From IMG/VR virus record IMGVR_UViG_2563366965_000004: DNA of 43,555 bases. One strand, 5' to 3'. Position 1 is the first letter of the stretch; every line of letters starts with the position of its first letter. Under the pieces are notes generated by a model. The model was not told the origin of the DNA, searched no databases, and saw only the letters and a program-made list of their open reading frames with translations. The translations under genes were made by a program, and so were the position numbers. This document shows positions 26,499 through 35,491 of this stretch, one piece after another. This stretch comes from a virus. Taxonomy: Duplodnaviria > Heunggongvirae > Uroviricota > Caudoviricetes.

Positions 26499-27361
26499 AT
26501 CTACCCCATCTGGCCCAGCGATTATTTAACACCCCGCTGGCGCTGCACCCGAGTAAAGCCGAAGTCATCATGGCATCCGTAATGGACCGATTTGGTATCA
26601 GTAAAATCGAATCTTCTCTTGCCATGGAGGATGACTGGTACGGATATGACGATAACCGGGGACGTGAATCCCGTAGTGATCCGGGTTATGACAATGTGCT
26701 GGGTGTCGCCGTCATCCCGATATGCGGAACGCTGGTGCAAAAACTGGGCAGTCTGCGTCCGTACAGTGGAATGACAGGGTATGACGGCATTCGTCAGGCG
26801 TTTCTTACTGCGATGGAAGATCCCGACATTTCGGGCATTTGCCTGGATATCGACTCACCCGGCGGCGAGGTCGCTGGATGCTTCGATCTGGTTGATGTCA
26901 TTTACGGCTCCCGGGGGAAAAAGCCTATCCATGCCATTCTGACGGAAAGCGCTTATTCCGCTGCGTATGCCATTGCCAGTGCAGCGGACCGGATTTCTGT
27001 TCCGCGCACCGGCGGAGTGGGTTCTGTGGGTGTGATCACCATGCACCTTGACTGGACGCAGCGGATTAAAGATGACGGTCTTAAAGTTACGATCATCACC
27101 TATGGATCCCGCAAGGCTGAAGGTTCGCCGCTGAGAGAGTTGTCAGATGAAGCGCTGGCCGCCATCCAGCAGGACATTAACACCATGGGCGAATTGTTTG
27201 TGAACACTGTTGCCAGAAACCGGGGGATTAGCGCAAAGGTTATAAAAAGTACCCAGGCCGCCTGTTTTATGGCTGCTGATGGCGTTGAAATTGGACTGGC
27301 TGATGAGGTGTGTCCTCCTGACGCTGCGTTCAAAAACTTACTTGAAAAAACAGGAGCCTGA
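26495..27361 (+). CDS. Prohead protease (S49/ClpP-like, gpC-like)
   Basis: S49-family-like core (GICLDIDSPGGEVAG...SAAYAIASAADRI); GTG start overlapping the portal stop. Confidence 0.8.
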   Translation: MNLPHLAQRLFNTPLALHPSKAEVIMASVMDRFGISKIESSLAMEDDWYGYDDNRGRESRSDPGYDNVLGVAVIPICGTLVQKLGSLRPYSGMTGYDGIRQAFLTAMEDPDISGICLDIDSPGGEVAGCFDLVDVIYGSRGKKPIHAILTESAYSAAYAIASAADRISVPRTGGVGSVGVITMHLDWTQRIKDDGLKVTIITYGSRKAEGSPLRELSDEALAAIQQDINTMGELFVNTVARNRGISAKVIKSTQAACFMAADGVEIGLADEVCPPDAAFKNLLEKTGA

Positions 27362-27362
27362 A

Positions 27363-27953
27363 ATGGCAAAGAAAAAGACGTTTAGTTTTGCTCACCTCAT
27401 TGGTCTTGGCCCTTCCGCTTCTGAGGAAGAAGAGGATAAAAAAGCCAAAAAAGCGAAAGCCCGTCGCGCGGAAGAGGATGAGCGCGAAGATGATGCCGAT
27501 GATGATGAGCGCGACGACGACGCGGAAGAAGACGAACGCGACGATGATGCTGAAGATGACTGCGATGATCCGGATGCGTCAGAAGATGATGATTCTGAAG
27601 ACGACGGCGACGACGATCGCAAAGAGAGTAAGGCGGTAAAAAATGCACGCGCTGCTGAGCGTAAACGCTGCGCCCGTATTTTCGGCAGTAAGCATGCAGC
27701 TGCGAATCCTTCACTGGCCGCGTCACTGGCTTTCAATACCGGGATGAGTTCTGCGGCAGCAATTAATGTCCTAGCCTCTTCGGCTCCGGCCGCAGCCGCA
27801 TCTCAGCCATCCCGTAAACGCTCTCTCGATCAGCGTATGCAGGAAAGCCACCAGGTCCGGCTTAATCCGGATAGCGGACAGAAAGAGACCGGAAAGTCTG
27901 CGCTGGTAAGTAAAATGACCGGCCTCTACAACTCCACAAGAGGAGAGAAATAA
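27363..27953 (+). CDS. Capsid scaffolding protein (Nu3-like), acidic-repeat rich
   Basis: ATG 27363; very acidic repetitive region (EDDADDDERDDDAEEDERDDDAEDD) then Ala/Ser-rich C-terminus; between protease and decoration/capsid genes. Confidence 0.55.
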   Translation: MAKKKTFSFAHLIGLGPSASEEEEDKKAKKAKARRAEEDEREDDADDDERDDDAEEDERDDDAEDDCDDPDASEDDDSEDDGDDDRKESKAVKNARAAERKRCARIFGSKHAAANPSLAASLAFNTGMSSAAAINVLASSAPAAAASQPSRKRSLDQRMQESHQVRLNPDSGQKETGKSALVSKMTGLYNSTRGEK

Positions 27954-28357
27954 TGGATCAGTTTGGTCAGAATGCGTTTGCGCCTGGCATGAAGAGCGCG
28001 CTGTTTGTTCCGGATCAGCTTGTCGCTGGCACGCTCCAGCTGGTGACTGACACCGGGATCATTACGGGCGGTGCCTTTAAGCGTGGTACTGTCCTGGGCC
28101 TGGTGGCTGCCAGCGGGAAATACACGCAATGTGTGAAAACGGCTGAAGATGGCAGTCAGTTACCCGTTGCTATTCTGGTTGATGATGTTGATGCATCGTC
28201 TTTCGATCAGAACGGCGGCCTGTATCTGATGGGGGAATTCAACCAGCACCGAATTATTTTTGATAACTCCTGGACGACCGCTGACCTGAAAAAAGCGCTC
28301 CGACCGCTGGCTATCTTCCTGAAAGACAGTGACCAGGCACCTGTAACCACCTCCTGA
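27953..28357 (+). CDS. Head decoration protein (gpD-like)
   Basis: 134 aa immediately upstream of the major capsid gene; size and Gly/Thr-rich composition consistent with D-type decoration proteins. Confidence 0.55.
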   Translation: MDQFGQNAFAPGMKSALFVPDQLVAGTLQLVTDTGIITGGAFKRGTVLGLVAASGKYTQCVKTAEDGSQLPVAILVDDVDASSFDQNGGLYLMGEFNQHRIIFDNSWTTADLKKALRPLAIFLKDSDQAPVTTS

Positions 28358-28454
28358 TTTCCCCCACGGCTCTCCTGACGAATGCTTTAACCGGCAGGGG
28401 CTGGCTCGTTTAAATTTTTTGCCAGCTGCGGCTGGCACTATCAAGAGACTGAAT

Positions 28455-29504
28455 ATGGAAAATATTTTTGATACCAGCGTGCTGGTGCAGGTTGTTCCTA
28501 ACCTGAAAACCAGTCAGAACTGGCTGCTCGATCGCTTCTTCCCGAATGTCGTAACTTACGAGACTGAAGAAGTGGCGATTGATGTTGATGTCGGCCTGCG
28601 TCGTATGGCGCCGTTCGTCTCCCCGCTGGTGGAAGGTAAGCTGGTCGAATCCCGTAAATACCAGACCAATACCTTCAAACCGGCATACATCAAAGATAAG
28701 CGCGCGCCGGACCTGCGCAAACCTATCCGCCGCCAGATTGGTGAGCGTATTGGCGGGGAATATACCGCTGCCGAGCGCGAAATGCTGAACCTTCAGTTTG
28801 AAATGACTGACCAGATTGACATGATCAACCGTCGTCTGGAATGGATGGCGGCGAGTGCGCTGGTGTCTGGGACCGTAACCGTCGCCGGGGAGGGCTATGA
28901 AACTCAGGTGGTGGATTTCGGGCGTGCTTCGGATCTGACCATCACTCTTAGCGGCTCGGATAAATGGCCACTGACCGTTGCAGCTGGCGCTACCAATACC
29001 CAGCCATCAGATGACATTGAAATCTGGCAGACTACTTTCCTGAAAGAGTCCGGCTCTGTCGCCACGGATCTGGTCTTTACGAATAAGTCATGGCGTGCAT
29101 TCCGACTGGATACCACCATCAAGGATAACGCCATTACATTCCCGGCGCTGAGCCCGTTTGGTAACCAGATTAACGCCGGCCCACAGGTAATGAAGGGCGC
29201 AATTTATAAAGGGCGCTGGGGTAACTTTGACCTCTGGTTATATAACGACTGGTTTATTGACCCGCTGGATAACGTCGAGAAGCCTATGATCCCCGATGGC
29301 GCTGTCATTATGAGTGGTGCCGATCTGATGGGTACCCGCGCCTTTGGCGTTATCCTGGACCCGGCTTTCAACTACGGTCCGCTGGCTTATGCGCCAAAAT
29401 CCTGGGTGAAAGAAGATCCAGCCCAGCGTCTTATCCTGATGCAATCCTCCCCGCTGGTTATTCCGAGCCGGGTAAATGCATCCCTCTGCGCAACGGTGGT
29501 CTGA
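28455..29504 (+). CDS. Major capsid protein (lambda gpE-like)
   Basis: Collinear motifs with lambda E as recalled (MAPFVSPLVEGK vs MALYVSPIVSGE; C-terminal QSSPLVIP vs QSAPLML); ATG 28455, track start 28419. Confidence 0.85.
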   Translation: MENIFDTSVLVQVVPNLKTSQNWLLDRFFPNVVTYETEEVAIDVDVGLRRMAPFVSPLVEGKLVESRKYQTNTFKPAYIKDKRAPDLRKPIRRQIGERIGGEYTAAEREMLNLQFEMTDQIDMINRRLEWMAASALVSGTVTVAGEGYETQVVDFGRASDLTITLSGSDKWPLTVAAGATNTQPSDDIEIWQTTFLKESGSVATDLVFTNKSWRAFRLDTTIKDNAITFPALSPFGNQINAGPQVMKGAIYKGRWGNFDLWLYNDWFIDPLDNVEKPMIPDGAVIMSGADLMGTRAFGVILDPAFNYGPLAYAPKSWVKEDPAQRLILMQSSPLVIPSRVNASLCATVV

Positions 29505-29505
29505 T

Positions 29506-29886
29506 ATGGCAAAACAACCTAATACCGGGCTGGCTGATGATCTGAATGCAGAAGGATCTGCCAAAGACGGCCTGAGCGTTGACGACCTGAATGCTGGCGA
29601 TAACACCCAGGAAAAACAGCCTTTGAGCAAAACAGATGATGCCGAATTGTCTGTTGATGACGATGGTGGTGACGAAAAATCCGGAGACACTGAATCGCAG
29701 GAGTATGTGGTGTTGAAAGGGAATTGCATTCGTCATGACGGGGAGATGTACCGCGAAAATATGCGCATCCTTGTAACCGGCAAAGATGCTGAGCGTCTTC
29801 TGCAGTCCGGCGTTATTGCTGATGTTGATGTGCTTCGTAAGCGAGTTCTTGCTTCTCAGCCATCAGTTTCAGTTACGACAGGGTAA
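29506..29886 (+). CDS. Acidic protein in FI (DNA-packaging) position
   Basis: 126 aa from ATG 29506; acidic N-terminal half; sits between capsid and FII-like genes as FI does in lambda. Confidence 0.4.
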   Translation: MAKQPNTGLADDLNAEGSAKDGLSVDDLNAGDNTQEKQPLSKTDDAELSVDDDGGDEKSGDTESQEYVVLKGNCIRHDGEMYRENMRILVTGKDAERLLQSGVIADVDVLRKRVLASQPSVSVTTG

Positions 29887-29890
29887 TGAC

Positions 29891-30250
29891 ATGGGCGTGG
29901 ACTGGGATTCTCATCTTCTGAGTCCGCTGCATGATGTCTTTGGCGATGAGCACGAGTACCGTCCACGTAACGGTACTCCTTTTACAATTAACGGGATTTT
30001 TGACCGTGGTTATGCGCAGGTTGCTGAAAACCTTGATGGCGATTCAGAAATTAACACCTCCAGCCCGATGTTGGGTGTGCGCGATGCTGAATTTCGCAAG
30101 CTGGGTAAATCGCAACCTGCTGTATCTGACCGGGTATTTATAAAGACGGTCGGTGGTCACATCATCAATCAGTTATTTGTTGTGTCAAACGTCGAACCCG
30201 ACAGTCATGGCGGATCTCGTCTTGTCCTCAATGTGGTAAAACCGCGATGA
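29891..30250 (+). CDS. Head completion / head-tail connector protein (FII-like)
   Basis: 119 aa from ATG 29891; size, position and C-terminal pattern (GGSRLVLNVVKPR) resemble lambda FII. Confidence 0.5.
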   Translation: MGVDWDSHLLSPLHDVFGDEHEYRPRNGTPFTINGIFDRGYAQVAENLDGDSEINTSSPMLGVRDAEFRKLGKSQPAVSDRVFIKTVGGHIINQLFVVSNVEPDSHGGSRLVLNVVKPR

Positions 30251-30792
30251 ATTCAGCAGCGATTCGGCAAATGGTTGTCACTGCACTAACCGGGACAACC
30301 AGCGCGGGCGACCGCGTATTCTCTCCACGCGACTGGTCAACTTCACCAGATATGTATCCTGTGTTGTTGGTTCAGACGCCTTTTGAACAGAAAAAATCAC
30401 AGGGGCGTAATACCCCTGCTTTTACCACCCTCACCACTGTCAGGATCACTGGGCGCGTTCAGGAGTATGACGGCGATACAGTGGATGATGGAGCCATGCG
30501 GGCAGAGCTGGCGCTTGAAAGCCTTCGCGAGCAGGTGGAGCGCGCGGTGATCAACAGCTACGAACTGACGCGGAATATTCAGAAATACGCGGAAGTTCGT
30601 TCAACCATCAATGTTGATTCAGAAGGAGAGGCCCATATGGGGCAGCTTCTTTTCGAGATCGACATAGAGCATTACCAGGGGCCGGAAGATTTTTATCCTG
30701 TCCAGTCGGTTCCCCTTGAGGGCATGGATATTGCGGTCGACATGCCAGACGGCACAGTTAAACCGGGTATCAGCCTCAATCTTCAGGAGTAA
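30247..30792 (+). CDS. Putative neck / tail-completion protein
   Basis: 181-aa ORF between the head-completion and tail-sheath genes; assignment by position only. Confidence 0.4.
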   Translation: MNSAAIRQMVVTALTGTTSAGDRVFSPRDWSTSPDMYPVLLVQTPFEQKKSQGRNTPAFTTLTTVRITGRVQEYDGDTVDDGAMRAELALESLREQVERAVINSYELTRNIQKYAEVRSTINVDSEGEAHMGQLLFEIDIEHYQGPEDFYPVQSVPLEGMDIAVDMPDGTVKPGISLNLQE

Positions 30793-30795
30793 TCC

Positions 30796-30993
30796 ATGTT
30801 TGTTAAGCCGAACAACGGGCTCAGCGTTCGCTGCCCCGTCAAGGGCATCCCATTGCCTAAAGAGGGTGCTGAAGTACCTGACAATATTTTCTGGCGTCGC
30901 CGTCTGAGCGATGGGGACGTGATCCTCTCTAAAAAGGATGAGGGCGCGCCAGAGAAACAATCATTACCTAAAAAAGCGGGAGAAAATGAATGA
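30796..30993 (+). CDS. Small conserved protein preceding the tail sheath (65 aa)
   Basis: Short ORF immediately upstream of and overlapping the sheath gene start. Confidence 0.4.
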   Translation: MFVKPNNGLSVRCPVKGIPLPKEGAEVPDNIFWRRRLSDGDVILSKKDEGAPEKQSLPKKAGENE

Positions 30994-32492
30994 CCGTACC
31001 TTTCGCTCGTGTTCCCGATAACCTGCGGGTAGGGCTTTTCTTCGTTGAGTTTGATAACTCAATGGCGAATAACGCCACTGCCACGCAGCGCACCCTGCTT
31101 ATCGGTGGGATGCTCAGTACCGGCTCAACCCTCCCTGGTATTCCGCAGCGAGTTTCCTCTTCGGATACCGTCGGTGAGCTGACAGGAAAAGGGGGAATTC
31201 TGCAGGCCATGATGGCGGCGTATCAGAAAAATGATACCGCAGCCGAAGTCTGGATCCTGCCGCTGGAGGAAGACTCCGATTCCATGGTGGCTGCAACCGG
31301 CACCATTAAAGTGAGCAGCGCACCGACGGCAACCGGAGTGATCTCCCTTTATATTGCTGGTGAGCGCATTCAGTTGACCGTTGTAGCAACAGATACGGTG
31401 GCAGCGATCGCCACCTCTCTGGCCGCGGCGATTAACGCAAAAACCACGCTACCTGTAACCGCCAGTGCGACTACGGATACCGTAACCCTGACCGCGAAGA
31501 ATCTTGGTGCTACGGGTAATGGGATCGACATTCGCCTGAACTTCCTCGGCTTACCTGGAGGCGAGTCCACACCTGCAGGCCTGGAACTGACGATTACTGC
31601 TATGTCTAACGGAGTCGGGGCTCCGGATATTACCGGCGCGCTGGCAAACCTGCAGGATCGGACATTCGATTTCATCATCAACCCTTACGACGATACAACC
31701 TCGTTGAATGTGATGAAGGAGTTCCTGTCAGACACTGGCGGTCGCTGGGCATGGGACAAGCAGCTTTATGGCCATTCCTTTGGTACCACCACCGGGACTT
31801 ACGCCCAGCTCGGTACCAAAGGTGAGCTGCGCAATAACCAGCATGAGACCCTGCTGGGCGTAAATAAATCGCCGTCCCCTTCCTGGGCATGGTCTGCAGC
31901 TTACACCGGCGCAGCTGCGGTGAGTCTGCGTAATGACCCCGGCCGCCCGCTACAGTCGCTCGCTGTTCAGGGGGTGCTTGCGCCAGAACTGCAGGATCGC
32001 TTTGAGCTGACCGAGCGTAACAATCTGCTGTACAGCGGCATTTCGACATTTACGGTCGATGACGATGGCACGGTGCGCATTGAAAACCTGATCACCACCT
32101 ACCAGAAAAACAGCTATGGCGATGCAGATGACAGTTATCTGGAAGTGGAGACGCTGTTCAGCCTGATGTTTGTGACCCGCTACCTGCGCACAGCGGTGAC
32201 CAGCAAGTTTGGCCGTATGAAGCTTGCTGCGGATGGAACCCGATTTGCACCTGGCGCGGCGATCGTCACGCCAAACATTATCAAGGCCGATCAGATTGCC
32301 GAGTACCAGACTCTGGTATGGAACGGTTATGCGCAGGATGCGGAGGCATTCGCAAAAAATATCATCGTCGAGCAGAACGCCAAAAATCCGAACCGCGTCG
32401 ATGTGCTGTGGCCGGGAACCCTCATGAACCAGTTGCGCATTTTCGCGCTGCTCAATCAGTTCCGCACTCGGGCTGAATCAACAGGAGCTTAA
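30990..32492 (+). CDS. Contractile tail sheath protein (Mu gpL-like)
   Basis: 500 aa; sheath-family sequence character and order sheath-tube-chaperone-tape measure. Confidence 0.85.
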   Translation: MTVPFARVPDNLRVGLFFVEFDNSMANNATATQRTLLIGGMLSTGSTLPGIPQRVSSSDTVGELTGKGGILQAMMAAYQKNDTAAEVWILPLEEDSDSMVAATGTIKVSSAPTATGVISLYIAGERIQLTVVATDTVAAIATSLAAAINAKTTLPVTASATTDTVTLTAKNLGATGNGIDIRLNFLGLPGGESTPAGLELTITAMSNGVGAPDITGALANLQDRTFDFIINPYDDTTSLNVMKEFLSDTGGRWAWDKQLYGHSFGTTTGTYAQLGTKGELRNNQHETLLGVNKSPSPSWAWSAAYTGAAAVSLRNDPGRPLQSLAVQGVLAPELQDRFELTERNNLLYSGISTFTVDDDGTVRIENLITTYQKNSYGDADDSYLEVETLFSLMFVTRYLRTAVTSKFGRMKLAADGTRFAPGAAIVTPNIIKADQIAEYQTLVWNGYAQDAEAFAKNIIVEQNAKNPNRVDVLWPGTLMNQLRIFALLNQFRTRAESTGA

Positions 32493-32495
32493 ACG

Positions 32496-32867
32496 ATGGC
32501 AGGTGATACTACTAACCGCCTGGCGGGAACCGCCTATGTCACTGTTAACGGTGTGACGGTAATGGTGGAGGGCTCGTTTAAATACCAGGCTGCCACCGTA
32601 AACCGTACCACCCTGACAGGGATGGATGGTGTGCACGGATATAAGGAAAAACCTGTGGCGCCATACATTTCTGCCCGACTGCGTGACAGTGGCGGAACGA
32701 ATGTGCAGGGCTTTAACCAGCAGACGAACGTCAACGTGATCGCCGAGCTGGCTAACGGGAAAACTATCATTGGCCGTTCACTCTGGACGGTCAACGTCCA
32801 GGAAGTGGAAAGCGAAGATGCAGTATTTGATGTTCGCTGGGAAGGCCGCGACGTAACGGAGAACTAA
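32496..32867 (+). CDS. Tail tube protein
   Basis: 123-aa beta-rich protein directly after the sheath gene. Confidence 0.8.
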   Translation: MAGDTTNRLAGTAYVTVNGVTVMVEGSFKYQAATVNRTTLTGMDGVHGYKEKPVAPYISARLRDSGGTNVQGFNQQTNVNVIAELANGKTIIGRSLWTVNVQEVESEDAVFDVRWEGRDVTEN

Positions 32868-32868
32868 G

Positions 32869-33147
32869 ATGGCTGAGATTGAACGCGTTAAAACCATTCC
32901 ATTAACCGTAGCGCTGGATGATGCTGCGGAGAAGACCACTTATACGCAGCTGGAGCTGAAAGCACCCACGCTAAGCCAGGCTGAGCAGTTTTACGAGAAA
33001 CAGGCTGCGTCAACGTCGCTCGCGGCGATGCGCCTGCTTATTGCGCTGGTTTCCGGTACGCGTGAAAGCGTACTGCAGCCGATGGATTTTCTCGACTTCC
33101 GTAAGTGTGAGGAGTATCTGCTCAGTTTTTTGACCTGGAAGCCCTGA
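32869..33147 (+). CDS. Tail assembly chaperone (short, in-frame product)
   Basis: 92-aa ORF between tube and tape measure; contains a T-TTT-TTG slippery heptamer near its 3' end. Confidence 0.65.
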   Translation: MAEIERVKTIPLTVALDDAAEKTTYTQLELKAPTLSQAEQFYEKQAASTSLAAMRLLIALVSGTRESVLQPMDFLDFRKCEEYLLSFLTWKP

Positions 33148-33296
33148 CAACCTGGCAGGAAATGGCCGCTGACGTCACCTTCTATTTCCGCTGGTCTGAG
33201 GACAGGGCGTGGGGAATGACCCGCGCCCGGCTGAAATGGTGGGTGGCGCAGGCATCCCGGATAAACAAGCTTAGGAAACCTGAAGACGATGAGTAA
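32869..33296 (+). CDS. Tail assembly chaperone, predicted -1 frameshift-extended isoform
   Basis: Slipping -1 at T-TTT-TTG (33126-33132) opens a frame (DLEALTTWQEMAADVTFYFRW...KPEDDE) ending at TAA 33294-33296 just inside the tape-measure start; analogous to lambda G/GT. Confidence 0.5.
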
Positions 33297-35148
33297 TTCT
33301 TTTGATTTTGAGCTGGTGGCCAGCGACCAGGTTAGCGAGGCTATAGACCGCATTAATGAGGCTGTCCGTGACCTGGAGCCGAAGCTAGATAAAACTAAAG
33401 AAGGGCTCAAGTTAGGCGGTCAGGAAACAGCCGACGGACTGAGCGGTTTTATTTCTCGCCTCGAGAATATGTCGAAGAGCGCGCGGGATAACGTGCAGTT
33501 TATTGGCGACATGGTTCCCCCACTGAAAATGGTGGGGGAGCTCACGGGGAAGATGGGGGCGCTGGGGTTAGCCGGTGCTGCCGGCTACGGACTGAAACAG
33601 GTCGCTTATGGATTTCGGGAGGCATCCCGTCAGGCCTATAATCTTGATGTCTCGGCAAAAAATGCGGGAATGCGCGTTGACGATTTTACCCGACTTTCCG
33701 GGGCAATGCGTATTCTTGGGGCAGACAGCGAGAGCGCTAATGCATCAATAGAAGGTATTTTCAAAGCATTCAATGAGGCTGCCAGTGGTAAAAACGAGGG
33801 GGTTATGGCAGCGATGGCGCAAATTGGTGCTCAAATCCAAAAAAACAGCGATGGTTCAGTAAATACCCTTAAAACACTGGAGTCTATCGCAAAAATTTTT
33901 CCAACCTTGCGACCTGAACAGCAGAAGTCCGCCGCTGATGCACTTGGGCTGACGCCCGAATTGCTGGCGCTAATGCGTGACGGTGAGCGCATGAAAAAGC
34001 TGCTGGCGAAATCGGATGAATTTGGTCTGACTGTGGATCCGGCACTAAATCAGCAATTGAGTGAAGTGAACGGCACTATGAATGAGCTCAGCGCATCCTG
34101 GGATGGTCTGTGGCAACGTTCAAAAAACAAGGCACTTAAGACCATTCTTTCGGATGGTTCAGTCAAAGACGGCCTTGAAGGTGTTACCGATCTGTTCACT
34201 AATGGTGATTTTACTGGGCTGTCTCATGCTCTCGGTTTTATCAACAGCAATGATGCTGAGAAACTACGGCGCATTCAGAACGATAAGGAACTTTATAACA
34301 GCTTACCCCGCAGTGAACGTGGGCAGGTTGACGCGGGTTTCATGACTGATGCTGTAAGAAAGCGGTACGATGCGAATTACCGCGCGACCGATTCTGCGAT
34401 TCAATTGCAGAATGACTTATCCGCTATCAGCCAGCCACAATCCAACGTTGCACGCGGCAATGTTCCTTACGGGGAAACAAGGAATAACGCAATTGGCTTC
34501 AGAAATAATAATCCCGGTAATTTGAGGGTTGCAGCAAACGCAACGGGTAAAAATGGCGGATTTTCTACCTTTGCGAATGATGCCGACGGAAGAACTGCAA
34601 TGGCGAGACAGCTGATGTTGTATGGTGACAGGGGGAATAATACTCTGGATGGGATTATTCATACCTATGCTCCGCAATCAGAGAATAATACTCGTGCATA
34701 TATTGACTCCGTCTCAAAAGCCACTGGATATGGAGCCAAAGAGCAAGTAAATCTGCACGATCCGGAAACATTAAAAACGATAATGGCAGCCATGATTAAA
34801 CATGAGAATGGCGCACAACCTTATACTGAGGAACAACTGCTAAACGCCATCCAGACCGCCATTACTGATGATCGGTGGTCAGGGAAGAGAAATCCGGATG
34901 TGCTGGCCCAGCAGCGGTATGACATTATCTCTGGATCACGCGGCGTGGATCAAGAACCCACGATACTCAGAACACAACAAGGGAAAAGTGATGAAGTTGC
35001 CCTTAGTGAAAATCTGGCGCGGTCGTTTAAGGAGGCCATGTCCGATCAGTCTCTCAAGCTTGAAATCACGATGGTCAATGATAAGGGGGAGCGTAAAACC
35101 TATAATGCGGAAAATAATGGCAGAATAACAACGGCCATGAATTACTGA
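33289..35148 (+). CDS. Tail tape measure protein
   Basis: 619 aa, Ala/Gly/Leu-rich helical N-terminal two-thirds; follows the frameshifted chaperone pair; C-terminal third is compositionally distinct. Confidence 0.8.
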   Translation: MSNSFDFELVASDQVSEAIDRINEAVRDLEPKLDKTKEGLKLGGQETADGLSGFISRLENMSKSARDNVQFIGDMVPPLKMVGELTGKMGALGLAGAAGYGLKQVAYGFREASRQAYNLDVSAKNAGMRVDDFTRLSGAMRILGADSESANASIEGIFKAFNEAASGKNEGVMAAMAQIGAQIQKNSDGSVNTLKTLESIAKIFPTLRPEQQKSAADALGLTPELLALMRDGERMKKLLAKSDEFGLTVDPALNQQLSEVNGTMNELSASWDGLWQRSKNKALKTILSDGSVKDGLEGVTDLFTNGDFTGLSHALGFINSNDAEKLRRIQNDKELYNSLPRSERGQVDAGFMTDAVRKRYDANYRATDSAIQLQNDLSAISQPQSNVARGNVPYGETRNNAIGFRNNNPGNLRVAANATGKNGGFSTFANDADGRTAMARQLMLYGDRGNNTLDGIIHTYAPQSENNTRAYIDSVSKATGYGAKEQVNLHDPETLKTIMAAMIKHENGAQPYTEEQLLNAIQTAITDDRWSGKRNPDVLAQQRYDIISGSRGVDQEPTILRTQQGKSDEVALSENLARSFKEAMSDQSLKLEITMVNDKGERKTYNAENNGRITTAMNY

Positions 35149-35449
35149 TCACTGTCGTCATTTCGTTAAGGAAGAAGTTATGAATGAAAAAGTTTTTGGA
35201 GCAAAAGCCATTTAGACTCCAAAGGTTTTTGCGCTTGTTTACCTGGTAATTGGCATTTGCCTCGTTTTTTCTGTTGTCTCAATGAATTTCACGGCGATTA
35301 CGATATCGGTGGTAAGTGCATTGCTTTTACGTGTGCTTTATGAGTTCCTAATGAACTCATTCAAGGCGACTGAGCATCTTTACAGGATCGCCGAATCTCT
35401 TGACCGTAATGGATCCAGCGATAAATAGATAAGTCATTTCAGTGCATAT

Positions 35450-35477
35450 GTAAACCGCCGACATGGCGGTTTTTTTA
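35450..35477 (+). terminator. Rho-independent terminator inside the tail cluster
   Basis: AAACCGCC-gacat-GGCGGTTT hairpin followed by TTTTTTTATTT. Confidence 0.5.
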
Positions 35478-35491
35478 TTTCCGGAGGCGTG

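Noticed and set aside
27460-27640. Tandem GA-rich nucleotide repeats that could be mistaken for a VNTR or CRISPR-like array
   Set aside because: They are in frame within the scaffold gene and encode an acidic Asp/Glu repeat; no spacer-repeat structure or cas genes are present
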